From contig NC_086108.1 of assembly GCF_963921235.1 (NCBI RefSeq), forward strand, positions 9,610,001-9,674,000: 64,000 bases of DNA, read 5' to 3'. Below, piece by piece: positions 1 through 13,100 of the stretch. Numbering within the stretch: position 1 is the stretch's first letter; the number at the start of each line of letters is the position of its first letter. The notes below the pieces were generated by a model. That model searched no databases, had not been told where the DNA came from, and saw only the letters and a program-made list of their open reading frames with translations. This DNA comes from Mobula hypostoma (taxonomy: Eukaryota). Made by a program: the position numbers and the translations under genes.

Positions 1-551
1 TTTACTCGACTGCTGGGTGAATTCCCAAACCTCACCAAGCCCACATTCTCCACTGCAGTCGCAAAACATAGAGGTGAGCACCACATTCCCACAACTGGCC
101 CGTCAGTCCAGGCCCACGCGCGTAGACTGGGCCCAGAAAAGCTGGCAACTGTGAGGGCTGAGTTTGCCAACATGGAAAGAGTTATTGAGGTCTGCACCCC
201 CGATTGTTAACTGGTCCCACACATCCAAGACTTTTTGGCACCCATGGATCGTAGGACCCAAGGCAGGTGGCTCGTCTGAGCTCCAGACAGGCTCACAATC
301 CTGGTTTTAGTGAATTCTGGGGGGCGGGGGAGCTGTGTTGGGTAACGTAATTGGGAGAAATCTCCATAAATCATAACCACCGACATCGAGTTGGGTTTCA
401 CTTTAAGAGGCTGGTCTGATGTGATGTTATTACGTAAGACGTTTTAGTGCATCTTTGTGTGTAGGTTTTGAAGTTCAGTAAAATGAGTTACAAGTTTCAG
501 TGAATATAAGACACCTCACTTTGCTTTATTTTTGCGAAAACCTGCGTTGCG
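1..551 (+). mobile_element. Ty3/Gypsy LTR retrotransposon remnant (pol fragment, polypurine tract, probable 3' LTR)
   Basis: Frame +1 from nt 1 reads FTRLLGEFPNLTKPTFSTAVAKHRGEHHIPTTGPSVQAHARRLGPEKLATVRAEFANMER, resembling the Gypsy protease-RT linker. A G-rich PPT-like run at 319-332 is followed by TG at 334 and a ~220-nt LTR-like segment. Confidence 0.6.
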
Positions 552-574
552 CTAATTGACGCCTGCATTGGTGC

Positions 575-925
575 TGCTTCGTGCACCCATGCTGAACTTG
601 ACAATTTCATCAGCTTTGCCTCCAACCTCCACTCTGCCCTTAAACTCAGTTAGTCCATTCCTGGACACTTCTCTCCCCTTTCTCGATTTCTCTGTCTCCA
701 CCTCTGGAGGCAAACTGTCTGCCGCAGGGGATCCCAACTGATTTTATGCCACGGACTTACACCATTAAACAGGGGGTCCGTGGACTCCTGGTCTACTAAT
801 ATCTTTTATAAAACTATGGCTATCGTGACCATACCTCTTCCCACCCTGTCTCCTGTAACAATGCTATTTCCTTCTCTCAGTTCTTCCGACTCTGCCGTAT
901 TTGTTCCCAGGATGAGGCTTTTCCA
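575..925 (+). mobile_element. Penelope-like element RT fragment, interrupted by a small MITE (~725-790)
   Basis: Decayed frames read ...DTSLPFLDFSVS...STNIFYK...SSHPVSC...FSQF.RL.RICSQDEAF, typical of the PLE RT thumb region. Confidence 0.6.
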
Positions 926-1250
926 AGGTTACACATTGTATCGGAGGGATAGGAAGGTAGGCAGGGGGGGCGACGTAGCTCTCCTGGTAAAGAATGGCAT
1001 CAAATCAGTCGAAAGATGTGATATAGGATCGGAAGATGCTGAATCCTTGTGGGCTGAGTTAAGAAACAGCAAGGGTAAAAGGACCCTGATGGCAGTTATA
1101 CACAGGCCTTCAAACAGTAGCTGGGAGGTAGACCACAGATTACAACAGGAAATAGAAAAGGCAGGTCAAAAGGGCAATGTTATGATAGTCATGGGAGAGT
1201 TCAACATACAAATCGATTGGGAAAATCAGGTTGGAAATGGATCTCAAGAT
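920..1250 (+). mobile_element. CR1 LINE ORF2 endonuclease fragment
   Basis: GYTLYRRDRKVGRGGDVALLVK...ESLWAELRNSKGKRTL...VMGEFN, APE endonuclease motifs. Confidence 0.8.
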
Positions 1251-1789
1251 TCTGGTTCAGAATCAGAATCAGGTTTATTATCACCGGCATGTGACGTGAA
1301 ATTTGTTAACTTAGCAGTAGCAGCAGCAGTTCAATGCAGTACATAATCTAGCAGAGAAAAAATAATAAATAAAATAATAATAACAATAAATAAACAAATA
1401 AATCAATTACGTATATTGAATAGATTAAAAGAAAAAACGTGCAAAAACAGAAATACTGTGTATTTAAAAGAAGTGAGGTAGTGTCCATTTGGGAATGGGA
1501 TGGCAGAGGGGAACAGGCTGCCCCTGAATCACTGAGTGTGTGCCTTCAGGCTCCTGTATCTCCTCCCTTCTGATCCTCCCCAAAATAAAATAACTGATGT
1601 TAGATTTTATTCTTGAGCTGTGGCCCAACCAGAGTTTTATGGTTCACTACTATTTCCCTAAAATGTACCCAGCCCTATTTAGGGTCATAGCATCATGGAG
1701 TCTAGAACGGAAACAGGCCATTTGGCCCATCTGGTCCAAACCAGAGTACTTAAACTGCACCTGGACCATAACCCTCCATACCCCTACCA

Positions 1790-4700
1790 TCCATGTACCT
1801 ATCCAAACTTCTCTTAAATATTGAAATCGAGTTCACACGCACCACTTACACTGGCAGCTTGTTCCACACTCTCACCACCCACAGAGTGAAGAAGTTTCCC
1901 CTCATGATCTCCTTAAACTTTTTACCTTTCACCCTTAACCCATGACTTTCCTCCATCTTCTATATTCCAAGGAATAAAATCCTAACCTATTCAATCTTTC
2001 CTTTGAATTCAGGTCATCCAGGCCCGGCAACATCCTTGTAAATTTTCTCTGTATTCTTTCAACCTTATTTACATCTTTCCTGTAGGTAGGTGACCAAAAC
2101 TGCATGCAAATACTCCAAATTAGACCTCACCAATGTCTTATACAACTTCAACATAACGTACCATCTCCTGTACACAATACTTTGATATATGAAGGCCAAG
2201 GTGCCAAAAGCTTTCTTTAGCACCCTAACAACCTGTGAAGCCGTTTTCCATGAATTATGGACCTGTACTCCCAGACCCCTGTGCTCTATCGCACTCCTCA
2301 GAGCCCTACCATTCACTGTGTAAGACCTATCCTGGTTGGTCCAACTGAGGTGCAACACCTCACACTTGTCTGCATTAAATTCCATCTGCTATTTTTCAGC
2401 CCATTTTTCCAGCTTGTCCAGATCCCTCTGCAAACTCTGATAGTCTTCTTCACTGTCCAGTACATCTGCAAATCCAGTTAACCACATTATCATCCAGATC
2501 GTTGGCATAGATGACCAATAACAACAGACCCAGCACAGATCCCTGCGGCATTCTACCAGTCACAGGCCTCCAGTCAGAAAGGCAACCTTCTACTACCACT
2601 CTCTGGCTTCTCCCACAAAGACAATGACTCATCCAATTTACTACCTCATCTTGAATGCCAAGCGTCTGAACCTTCTTGACCAACCTCCCATGTGGGACCT
2701 TGTCACAACTTTGCTAGAGTCCGTGCAGACAATGTCCATTGCCTTGCATTCAACAACTTTGCTGTTAACTTCCTCAACAAACATCTATAAGATTGGTTAG
2801 ATATGACCTACCATGCACAAAGCCATGTTAACTACGCCTAATCAGTCACTGCCTATTCAAATACTTATATATTCGATCCCTTAGAATACCTTTCAATAAC
2901 TTTCCCACTACTGAGGTCAGTCTCACCGGCTTATAATTTCCTGGTTTATTTTTAGAGCCTTTTTTAAATGGTGGAACAACATTATGTATTCTCCAATCCT
3001 CTGGTGCCTCTCCTGTTGCTAAGGATGATTTAAGTATCTCTGCTGGAGCCCTGCAGTTTCTGCACTTGCCTCCCACAGGGTCCGAGGGAACACCTCATCA
3101 GGCCCTGGGGATTTATCCAGCCTAATTTGCCTGAAGACAGCAAACACCTCCTCCTCTGTAATCTGTATAGGGTCCATGACCTTGCTGCTGCTTTGCCTCA
3201 CGTCTATAGACTCCATGTCCATCTCCTGAGTAGATACAGATGCTAAGAGTCTGTTAAATGTTCTCCCCATTTCTCTTTTGGCTCCATGCATAGTTTGCCA
3301 TTCTGATCTTCAGAGGACCAATTTTGTCCCCTGCAATCCTTTTACTCTTAACATATCTGTAGAATCCCTTCGGATTCTCCTTCACCTTGCCTGCTACAGC
3401 AACCCCATGCCTTCTTATGAAATGAAATATCTTTATTGTCATTGCATAGTACAATTTGTCATGCACCAATACAGCGAAAATGAGTTTGCAACTCTCGTAC
3501 TCAATGCTATAAAACAACAAATAAAATAAATAAACAATAAATAAAATCAAGTAACCAGCCAGTACAAGCAATGTCCAGCAGTACAAAAGCACAACTCAGA
3601 TACATGACAGCCATAAAACCAGTATTAAAAGTATTAATATAACTAATTTATGGATGATGCTTGATCGATTGGTTCACAGCAATTATAGCTCTGGGGAAAA
3701 AGCCCTCCTGATTTCTTTCTAAAGTGTTCTCTTGCATTTTGCTATACCATATAAGTACCTCATTTGTTCCGACCTGCCTCTACCTGCTCTCTGCTCCATT
3801 TTTTTCTTAACCAGGGCCTGAATATCTCTTGAAAACCAACGTTCCCTAGACCTGTTATCTTTACCTTTTATTTTAACAAGCACATGCAGGCTTTGTACTC
3901 TTAAAATTTCACTTTTGAAGGCCTCCCACTTACCAAGTGCACCTTTGCCAGAAAACAACCTGTCCCAGTCCACACTTTCCAGATCCTTTCTGATATCATC
4001 AAAATTGGCCTTTCTCTAATTTAGAATCTCAACCTGAGGGCCAGACCTATCTTTTTGCATATTTACTTTGGAACTAATGGCATTATAATCACTAGATGTA
4101 AAGTGTTTCCCTACACGAACTTCCCTCATAGCAGATCAGGTATTGCACACTCTCTCTTTGGGACTTCTATGTCCTGATCCAGGAAACTTTCCTGAACATA
4201 TTTGACGAACTCTATCCCATTTAGTCCTTTCAGAGTATGGGAGTCCCAGTCAATACCTAGAAAGTAATACCACCTACTATAACAACCTTATGTTTCCTGT
4301 AATAGTCTGCAATCTCTTTACAGAGTTATTCCTCTGATTCCCATGGACTGTCTGTAATAAAGACAGTATGTCCAGACTGAGCTCTGCTGTGACATTTTCC
4401 CTGACTAGCAGCGCCACCCCTCCCCCTTTAACCCCTCCCGCTCTGTCGCATCTAAAACAACGGAACCCTGCACTATTGAGCTGCCAGATCTGCCCCCACC
4501 CCCGCACCAAGTCTCACTAATAGCTACAATATCATAATTCCATGTGTTGATCCATGCCCTGAGCTCATCCTCCTTTCCTACGACACTAGTCGCACCATGC
4601 TCAAACTTTTGATTCCTGACTTGTCTGAGGTCTTACCAACATCTACCGCCACAATTTCTCCATGATCTGCTGCAAACCGTCTCTTCTGTACAGGTCCCAC

Positions 4701-5290
4701 CTTCCCTGGAAGAGAACCCAATGATCCAAAAATCTGACACCCTCTCTCCGAACCAACTCCTTAGCCACGTGTTAAACTGTATAATCTTCCTAGTTCTGGT
4801 CTCACTAGCACGTGGCATGGGTAGCAATCCTGAGATCACAACCCTGGAGGTCCTGTCCTTTAACTTAGCACCCGACTCCCTGAACTCACTTTGCACTCTT
4901 CCTACCTGTGTCATTGATAACTACATGGACCATGACCACTGGCAGCTCACCCTCCCGCTTAAGAATGCTGAGGACTCAATCCGAGATATCCTGTCCCTGG
5001 CACCCGGGAGGCAACATACCATCAGAAACCTCATTCTCGTCCACAGAACATCCTTTCTGTTCCCCTAGCTAACAAATCCCCTATCACCATAGCTCACCCC
5101 TTCTCTCCCCTTCCCTTCTGAGTGACAGTCAGAGACCTGACTGCTGTGGCGTTCCTCTGCTGGATCATCCTCCCCAACAGTATCCAACGTGATATGCCTG
5201 CTGTTGAGGGGGGTGGCCACAGCGGTACCCTGCACTGGCTTCTTAACCCCTTTCCCCTTCCTGACTGTCACGCACTTTCCTGTTTGGATA
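1790..5290 (-). mobile_element. Long degenerate CR1 LINE (ORF1 C-terminal region plus ORF2 EN/RT)
   Basis: Minus-strand ORF pieces [57 protein letters not shown]1-like [16 protein letters not shown] at 4633-4914. Confidence 0.85.
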
Positions 5291-5939
5291 ACTCAGGGCT
5301 CCAAGTATGTTTTTAACCCTTTCCTCACCCTGAACCGCGTGCAGGTGCTTTCTGGTTCTGGATCTGCTTTAGTACGTGCTCTTAAAATTCCTCTTGCGTT
5401 CTCCGTGGTAAAGCCCAGGTTCATTTAGCACTGGAGGAATGGAATGTGTCACATGCCAACGGAACACCAATGAGGTCGGCTTGGATGAAGGAGACGGTAG
5501 TTCGTAGAAGCCTGTCTGGTTCAACTGAGGAAAAGCTTTGTTGGTAACAACAGGGAATCTGTCTCCCCTCTGGTTTTCTTCCCCTTGGATAAAGAAAACT
5601 AATCTGATGAGAAATCAACTGAGAATGACCTTTGCTCATGGCAGCAGGCGTTTTGATTTCCCTCCCTTTATTTGGAGGAGACAGTTGAATTTTAAAAAGC
5701 AGTTTGGCATAGAAGAACTGTAACTTCCCCTTTGGCCGTTAAATCAGCAAGAGTTCCGTTGCATTTCTCCGAAGCGGCTTTGTGGTAAGCCGGACAGGAC
5801 CTTGAGATCTGAATCTTGCCTGCAGGAACACTCGCTGGGCAGGAGCCATTTGGTTTCTGAGTGCAGGGAGCAAGCTCCTGGGAGTCATTCAATACAGGAG
5901 TCTTTTGGAAACTTTGTTTCTGCTTTCAGCTAGAAAGTT

Positions 5940-6061
5940 GCTTTATGCAAATTTGTGGCATACGTTATCTTTTTCATCAGTTTTGAGGAACTGACAATTC
6001 GAGCATCCTGTCACAAGGCTAGGCTGAGTTCGATTAAGTACGGCCATACTGAGGAATCGTC
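5940..6061 (+). promoter_or_regulatory. Candidate TATA-less GMFG promoter / 5' UTR
   Basis: Octamer ATGCAAAT 5945-5952, GATA site (TTATCT) 5965-5970 and PU.1-like GAGGAACT 5985-5992, just upstream of the ATG|GTAAGC exon. Confidence 0.45.
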
Positions 6062-6064
6062 ATG
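6062..6064 (+). CDS. GMFG: GMFG coding exon 1 (initiator ATG only)
   Basis: gtcATG|GTAAGC with a purine at -3 and a strong donor. Exon 2 starts in phase 0 at Ser2 and needs exactly one upstream codon. This is the best candidate seen, not proven. Confidence 0.7.
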
Positions 6065-7114
6065 GTAAGCAAATTGCATTTCTTATCAGGCATTTTCTTC
6101 CCCATTCAGATATAAAAAGTGTCCCTTGATACCTCTTTCGTTGATACTACACCCATGGGCAGAAACAACCTCAGGTGGGTCTCTGTAGTCCTATGTGCTT
6201 TTCTTCTCACTCCTGGCCACCAGCCTCCCCAGCATCGAGGACACCTTCAAAAGGCGATGCCACAAAAAGGCAGCATCCATTGTTAAGGACCCCCACCACC
6301 CAGGACATGCCCCCTTCCCATTGAGGGTAGGAGGTACAGGAGCCTGAAGGCACACACTCAACGATTCAGGAACAGCTTCTTCCCCTCTGCCATCTGATTT
6401 CTGAATGGACATTGAACCCATGAACACTACCTCACTACTTTTTTTCTTTTCTTTTTTTCCCTCTGTTTTAGCACTGCTTACTTGATTTAATTATATATAT
6501 TTACTGTAATATATAGATTTTAAAAATTATTGTGTATTGCCATGTACTGCTGTCACAAAACAACGATATTTCATGACATACTGTATGTCAGTGATTTTAA
6601 ACCTGATTCTGGTTCTGAAAATTGTGCACAGCAGTGAGGAGCAGGGACTCGGGAGGGGGGAAAGGCGCTGAATTTTCTGACCTACTAAAGCGGGGTTCCC
6701 AATCTGGGGTCCATGGACGCCTCAGTTCATGGTAGGGTCCATAGCCTTATAAAGGTTGGGAACCCCTGCACTAAAGATCTCTGGCTTGCTGAGGATAAAG
6801 TTGCAGAAAACATGGTATGCTGCCACATTATAATCCCGACCTTGTACCTCGTGCAGAGTGAAGCGCTTCTAGACTGCGCATTAACCCTAAACCCAGTTCT
6901 GGAGGAACTCAGCAGATCAGGTAGCATCTATGGAGAGGAGTAAACAGTCAATATTTCAGACCAGCACACACAAAAGTGCTGGAGGAACTCAGCAGGTTAG
7001 GCAGCATCCGTGGAGGGGAGTAAACGGACAGTCGTGTTTCAGCTGAGATCTTCATCGGTACTCATGGGGTTCTGATAAAGGGCATCGGCCAGACTTGCAG
7101 AGTTCCTCCAGCAT

Positions 7115-7145
<31 letters not shown>

Positions 7146-10100
7146 TGCTCTGAATTTCCAGCATCTACAGATTCTCTTGTGTTTATGGTGTTCCGGAAAT
7201 TTAAGTATGTTTCCAATCTGCCTCTCCCAGGCCTGTGCTTCCTGGATGTTCATGGTTTGGTGACTAGCGGAAGTGACTGATTCTATCTCTCGGTGGCAAC
7301 ATGTTTCTGGTCACAAACCCTGGTTGGTAACTCCGTTCTTTTGGATTCTCCAACCACAGCTGTTCTCAGCCCACGAGCAACGGCCCTTCCTCACCTTATT
7401 CCTGTGACTCAGCTAACAGGTGGACAAACTATAGGGCAGAGGTTCCCAACCTTTCGTATGCCATGGGCTTACCATTAACAGAGGGGTCTCGGGGACCCCA
7501 GGCTGGGAACCGCTGCGTACCGTTGCGTACCGTTGGTGTGACCGCATTTGGTTCTGGTCAGTTACCTGGTGTATTTAGTGCCTGGATTCACTGGGGCAAA
7601 GGGAGGAGAGAGGGACTGATGATAGTGAGAGAGAAAGATAAAGAGAGAGAGAGAGTGAGAGCAAGAGAGTGTGTGTGTGTGTGCGAGAGCGAGAGAGAGA
7701 GAGAGAGAGAGAGAGAGGTGAGGAGGAGGTGAGAGGGAGGTAGAGACAGAGAAAGACAATGAAAGGCAGAAAGACAGTGAGAAAGACAGACAGACAGAGA
7801 TAGACAGAGAGAGAGAGAGAGATAGGCTGATGTGAGAGAGTGGTAGAGAGAGGTGAGAGAAAGGTGAGAGGGAGATAGAGAGAGACAGAGAAAACAGAGA
7901 CAGATACTAAGAGAATAGATAGTGAGAGAGAGACTATTAACTCTCAAAATTCACAAATCATTTGAAAATCCCAGAAATGCTCAGCTTTTCCCTCTGCACA
8001 TATGGAGCCTGAATTTTAAATATTAAATTCACTCTTCAGGTGGTGTTGATGTGATTTATTTATTTATTGAGATACAGCACAGAACAGCCCCTTCCGGCCC
8101 TTTGAGCCACACCGCCCAGCAATCCCCCGATTTAACCCTTGGCTAATCACAGGACAATTTACATTGGCAGTTCACCCAACAACGAGAACACCTTTGGACT
8201 GAGGGAGGAAACCGGGGCACCCGGAGGAAACCCACGCGGTCACGGGGAGAACGTACAAACTCCTTACAGGCCGTGGCGGGAATTGAACCCATGTTACTGG
8301 TGCTGTGAAGTGCTGTGCTGACCACCACACTGTGTTCTGCACAGTTGGGATTCACTTTCACATCATCTTCCCTTTGCAGTCTCAGTTCAGAATCTCTTCA
8401 CCTCGGCCCTCCTCCCTGCCCCCATTGATTCTCCTTGAGCTCCATTTATGGCTTCTATCAGTAAGTTTTCTTTCCTTCTTCTTAGAAGAAATTCGGGTGG
8501 GAGAAATTTGGCCACTCGCTCATCGAAACCTGCCCTGTCATTCAATGTAATAATGGCTTTGCATAGGTACATGATTTGGCATAGACTAGATGGGCTGAAT
8601 GGCCTGTTTCTATGCCTTAGTGCTGTAAAGCTCTATAACCCCCAACTTTTTGTTGTACCCTTCTATTTCTTTCAATTTCCTTGGAGGGTAAACGTCTAAC
8701 AGTTTCAGTCTTTAGCGCACCAACCATGTTAAGGAGTTGGAGCTGGGACTGGATGAACTCCGGGTTATTCAGGAGGTTGAGGGGTTGATAGAGAAGACAT
8801 ACAGGGATGTAGTTACACCCAAGGTGCTGGGTGGCAGTCAGGTGGGGGAAAGGGGATAGGCAGCCAGTGCCGGGCACCCCTACGGCCGTTACCCTCAACA
8901 ACAGGTTGGAAAATACTTTGAATATTGTTGAGCAGGATGACCGAGCAGAAGAAAGAGACAGCGGTCAGATCTCTGGCTCTGTGGCTCAGAAGGAAAGCGG
9001 GGTGAAGGGGCGAGCTGCAGTGATGGGGATTCACTGGTTAGTTAAACAGACAGGAAGTTCTGTGGATAAGAACAGGCTTCCCGGATGGTCCATTGCCTCC
9101 CGGGTGCCAAGGTCAGGATCGTCTCGGACTGAGTGTACAGCATCCTTAAGTGGGAGGTGAACAACTAGAAGTCCTAGTCCACGTAGATACCAATGACATT
9201 GGTAGGACGGGTTTCTGCAGAGGGAATTAAGGGAGTTAGGTGCTAAGTTAAAGGGCAGGACCTCCAGGGTTGTGATCTCAGGATTGCTACCTGTGCCACG
9301 TGCTAATGAAGTCGAACTAGGAAGACCATACAATCTAACATGTGGCTAAGGAATTGGTTAGGAGGGAAGGTATCAGATTTTTGGACCATTGAGCTGTCTT
9401 TCAGAGAAAGTGGGACCTGTACAAGAAGGGACAGTTTGCACCTAAACTGGAGGGAGACTAATACCCTAGTGGGAAGGTTTGCTACTGCTGGGCGGGGGGT
9501 TTAAACTAGAGTCGCAGGGGGATGGGAACCAGTGCCAGAACAGTTTTTAGAGAGGTTGTGGAGACAGATGTTGTTAAGTCTACAGACAAAGTCAGGAATC
9601 AAAAGGTCGAGCATGGTGGGACTAATGTTCTGAGCTGCATATATTTCAATGCAAGAAGTATTGTAAGAAAGACAGATGAACTTAGGGCATGGATCAGCAC
9701 AGGGAATTATGATATTGCAGCCATTATTGAGACCTGGTTGCAGGAGGGGCAGGACTGGCAGCTCAGTATTTCAGTTCTGTTGTTTTAGTTGTGATAGAAT
9801 GGGAGGGATTAAATGTGGAGGTGTGGTGTTACTAGTCAGAGAGAATGTCACAGCAGTGCTCTCTCAGGACAGTCTGGAGAACTTGTCTAGTGAGGCTTTA
9901 CGGGTGAAACTGAGGAATAAGAAAGGTATGATCACGTTAATGGGGCTGTATTACAGACCACCCAAACAGGGCAAGGGATTGAGCGCAAATTTGTAGAGAG
10001 TTCGCAAATTGTTGCAAGAAACCCAAAGTTGTTATGTAGGTGATTTTAGTTTTCCACATATTCCCATAGTGTAAAAGGACGAGACGGGATAGAGTTTGTC

Positions 10101-13100
10101 AAGAGTGTTCGGGAAAGTTTCCTCAATCAGAACATAGAAGTCCCCACGAGAGAGTGTGCAATACTTGATCTGCTATTAGGGAATGAGACTGGCAGGTGAC
10201 CAAAGTTTGTGTAGGGGAAACACTTTGCACCTGGTGATCCAATGCCGTCAGCTTCAAGGTAATTGTGGAAAGGGACGGGTCTGGTCCTTGAACTGGTTCT
10301 AAATTGATGGAAGGCCAATTTTGATGTTATCAGAAAGGAGCTGGCAAGTATGGATTGGGATGGGCTGTTTTCTGGTAAAGATGTACGTGGTAAATAGGAG
10401 GCCTCCAAAAGTGAAATTTTGAGATTACAGAGATTGTATGTGCGTGTCAGAATAAAAGACCAGGATAACAGTTTTAGGGAACCTTGGTTTTTGAGAGATA
10501 TTGAGGTCCTGGTTAAGAAAAAGAAGGCGGTGCATAGCAGGAATAGGCAGAAAGGAGTGAATGAGGTACTTATGGAGTATAAGAAATGCAAGAGAACACT
10601 TAAGAACTAAGTCAGGAAGGATAAAAGAAGGCATGAGGTTGCTCTAGCAGACAAGGAGAATCCTTAGGGCTTCTACAGATATGTTAAGAGCAAAAGGATA
10701 GAAAAGTGACAAAATTGGTCCTCTGGAAGATCAGAATGGCAATCTATGCGTGGAGCTGAAAGAGATGGGGGAGATCTTAAACTGATTTTTTGCTTCTGGG
10801 AGGTGGACACAGAGTCTACAGATGTGAAGCAATCCAGCAACGAGATTATGGACCTTATACAAATTACAGAGGAGGAGGAGTTTGCTGTCTTGAGGCAAAC
10901 TAGGGTGGATAGTTCCCCAGGGCCTGACAAGGTGCTCCTTTGGACCCAATAGGAGGCTAGTGCAGGGGCCCTAGCAGAGATATTTAAATCATCCTTAATG
11001 ACAAGTGAGGTACCAGAGCATTGGAGGATAGCCAATGTTCTGTTGTTTAGGAAAGGCTCTCAGAACAAGCCAGGAAATTATAGGCTGGTGAGCCTGACAT
11101 CAGTAGTGGGAAAGTTGTTGGACAGAATTCTAAAGGTTTGGATATACAGGTTGTGTAAGTCTTATCTGAAAATCCAAAATCCGAAAACCTCTGAAATTTG
11201 ATTTTTTTTGAGCGCTGACATAACGTCACAGATGGAAAATTCCAGAAGGCACTAAGAAGGCTCCCTGGCGATGGACGGGTCTCTGTGCACCACAGATCGT
11301 TCTGAGCATTATCAGTACTCTTCAGAGATTGTCTGCCTGGCATCAGTGGCTGCATGGCCAGGACTTGTGATATGTACTGGCTGCTCGTACGACCATCCAC
11401 CGCCCTCTCCCATGGCTTCACATGACCTGCTCAGGGTGGTGGGGAGGAGGGGGTTATGCAAGTTCTACACCTTGCCCAAGGGTGACCTGCAGGCTAATGG
11501 AGGGAACGAGCATCTTACTCCTCCTTTGATAGGAACGTATTTCCACACCACCACCTGCACTTTACGTAATGCCATTAAATTTTTAAAATGTTTCTGATGA
11601 AAATCTAACACCACAACAAGTCTACAACACCAATTGTTTTTGTATCTTACATAAAACCTAAAAAAAGTAGTGTATTGTAACCTTTTAATCAAAACACGGC
11701 ATTGTTGGTGCAGACTGACAGCTGATCAGGTATTCTCCTGATGCTGCTGTGCTGCTTTTGATACCATAGTTATTGCCCAGTATGCCACTGGCGTTTAGCA
11801 CAGCAATGGAGGTCCTGCATCTCTGTCCTTGGCCATCTTCTCTACTGTGCCCCAAGTGAGGTTCAGGGTCCTCATTTCTGCCTCTCCGGTATGGTGCCAA
11901 GTTGCCTTTGGTCTCCCGTGTTTCCTTCGCCCTTCAGGTGTCCAATGGAGTGTTGTCTTGATGATGGAGTTGGCCTGTCTTCTCATCGCGTGCCCAACCC
12001 ATCTCCCACGTTTCCTCATGATGGTTGTGGCCATGTCCTCTTGGTGACACTGAAAGACAAGGGCGTGGATCGCCATCATTTCAGACTCTGAATTTATCTG
12101 CTATCTGTAAGCAATCTTTGTCTTACACTTGTTCATCACACTTATGTAATTAACAGTAAAACAATTATTACATACCATTAATATAATGAAAACATAATGC
12201 ATGCAGAGTTTGTGGTATATAATAACTTTTACTGTTCAGTGCATATATGTTTTCAACAAGTGTAAGACGAAGACTGCTTACTAGTAGCACATAACCCAGA
12301 GTTGGCAATCCCAAGCAATCTCATCATGTATTCCAAAATCCCAAAATATCCAAAATCCAAAACACTTCCAGCCCCAAAGGTTACTGAAGCTGTATTAGAA
12401 TTTGGATGGACAGGGACTGATTAGGAAGCGTCAACATGGCTTTGTGAGTAAGTCACTGTCCTGTTTTGTTACACCCGCAAGATGCTGGAGGAACTCAGCA
12501 GGCCAGGCAACATCTATGGGAAAGAGTATAGTCGATGTTTAGGCAGAGACCCTTCACCAGGACTGGCTTTTTTGTTGCTACTTTAGGGTGATTTTTAAAT
12601 CGGGGCGGGCTGCTGGTAAAACTGAGCTGAACTGAATTGAAATATGCCTTTTGATTTTGTGTTTTATATTCTGTGTTTTTCACTTTTTTCTTTGTTGCTT
12701 TTTGCGCATTTTTTCCCCATGTGGCGGGGGGAGGGTGAGTTTGCTGTTTGACGTTTCTCTTTGAATGGGTTGGTTCCATGGTTCCTCTTTGTTTCATGAC
12801 TGTCTGAGGGGAAGACAGATTTCGTGATTGTACATGGCATGCATACTTTGAAAAATAAATGCTTGAATCTTTGAATCTTTGATAAGGCTCTGTTGAGGCC
12901 TCAGGGAATATTGTGAACACTTCTGGAGCCCCTTATCTGAGAAAGGATGTGCTGACATTGGAAAAGGTTCAAAGGAGTTTCATGAGAATGATTCCTGCAG
13001 AAAGGTGTAAATATGGTTGAAAGAGTACAGAGAAAATTTACAAGAACATTGCCGGAACTTGAGGACATTAATTATAGAGATAGGTTGAATAGGTTAGGAT

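Larger units (their letters stand above)
8700..12450 (+). mobile_element. Degenerate CR1 LINE (ORF1 end plus ORF2), split at 11146/12393 by a DNA transposon
   Basis: YFNARSI...[51 protein letters not shown]; resumes as ...[11 protein letters not shown] after 12393. Confidence 0.85.
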
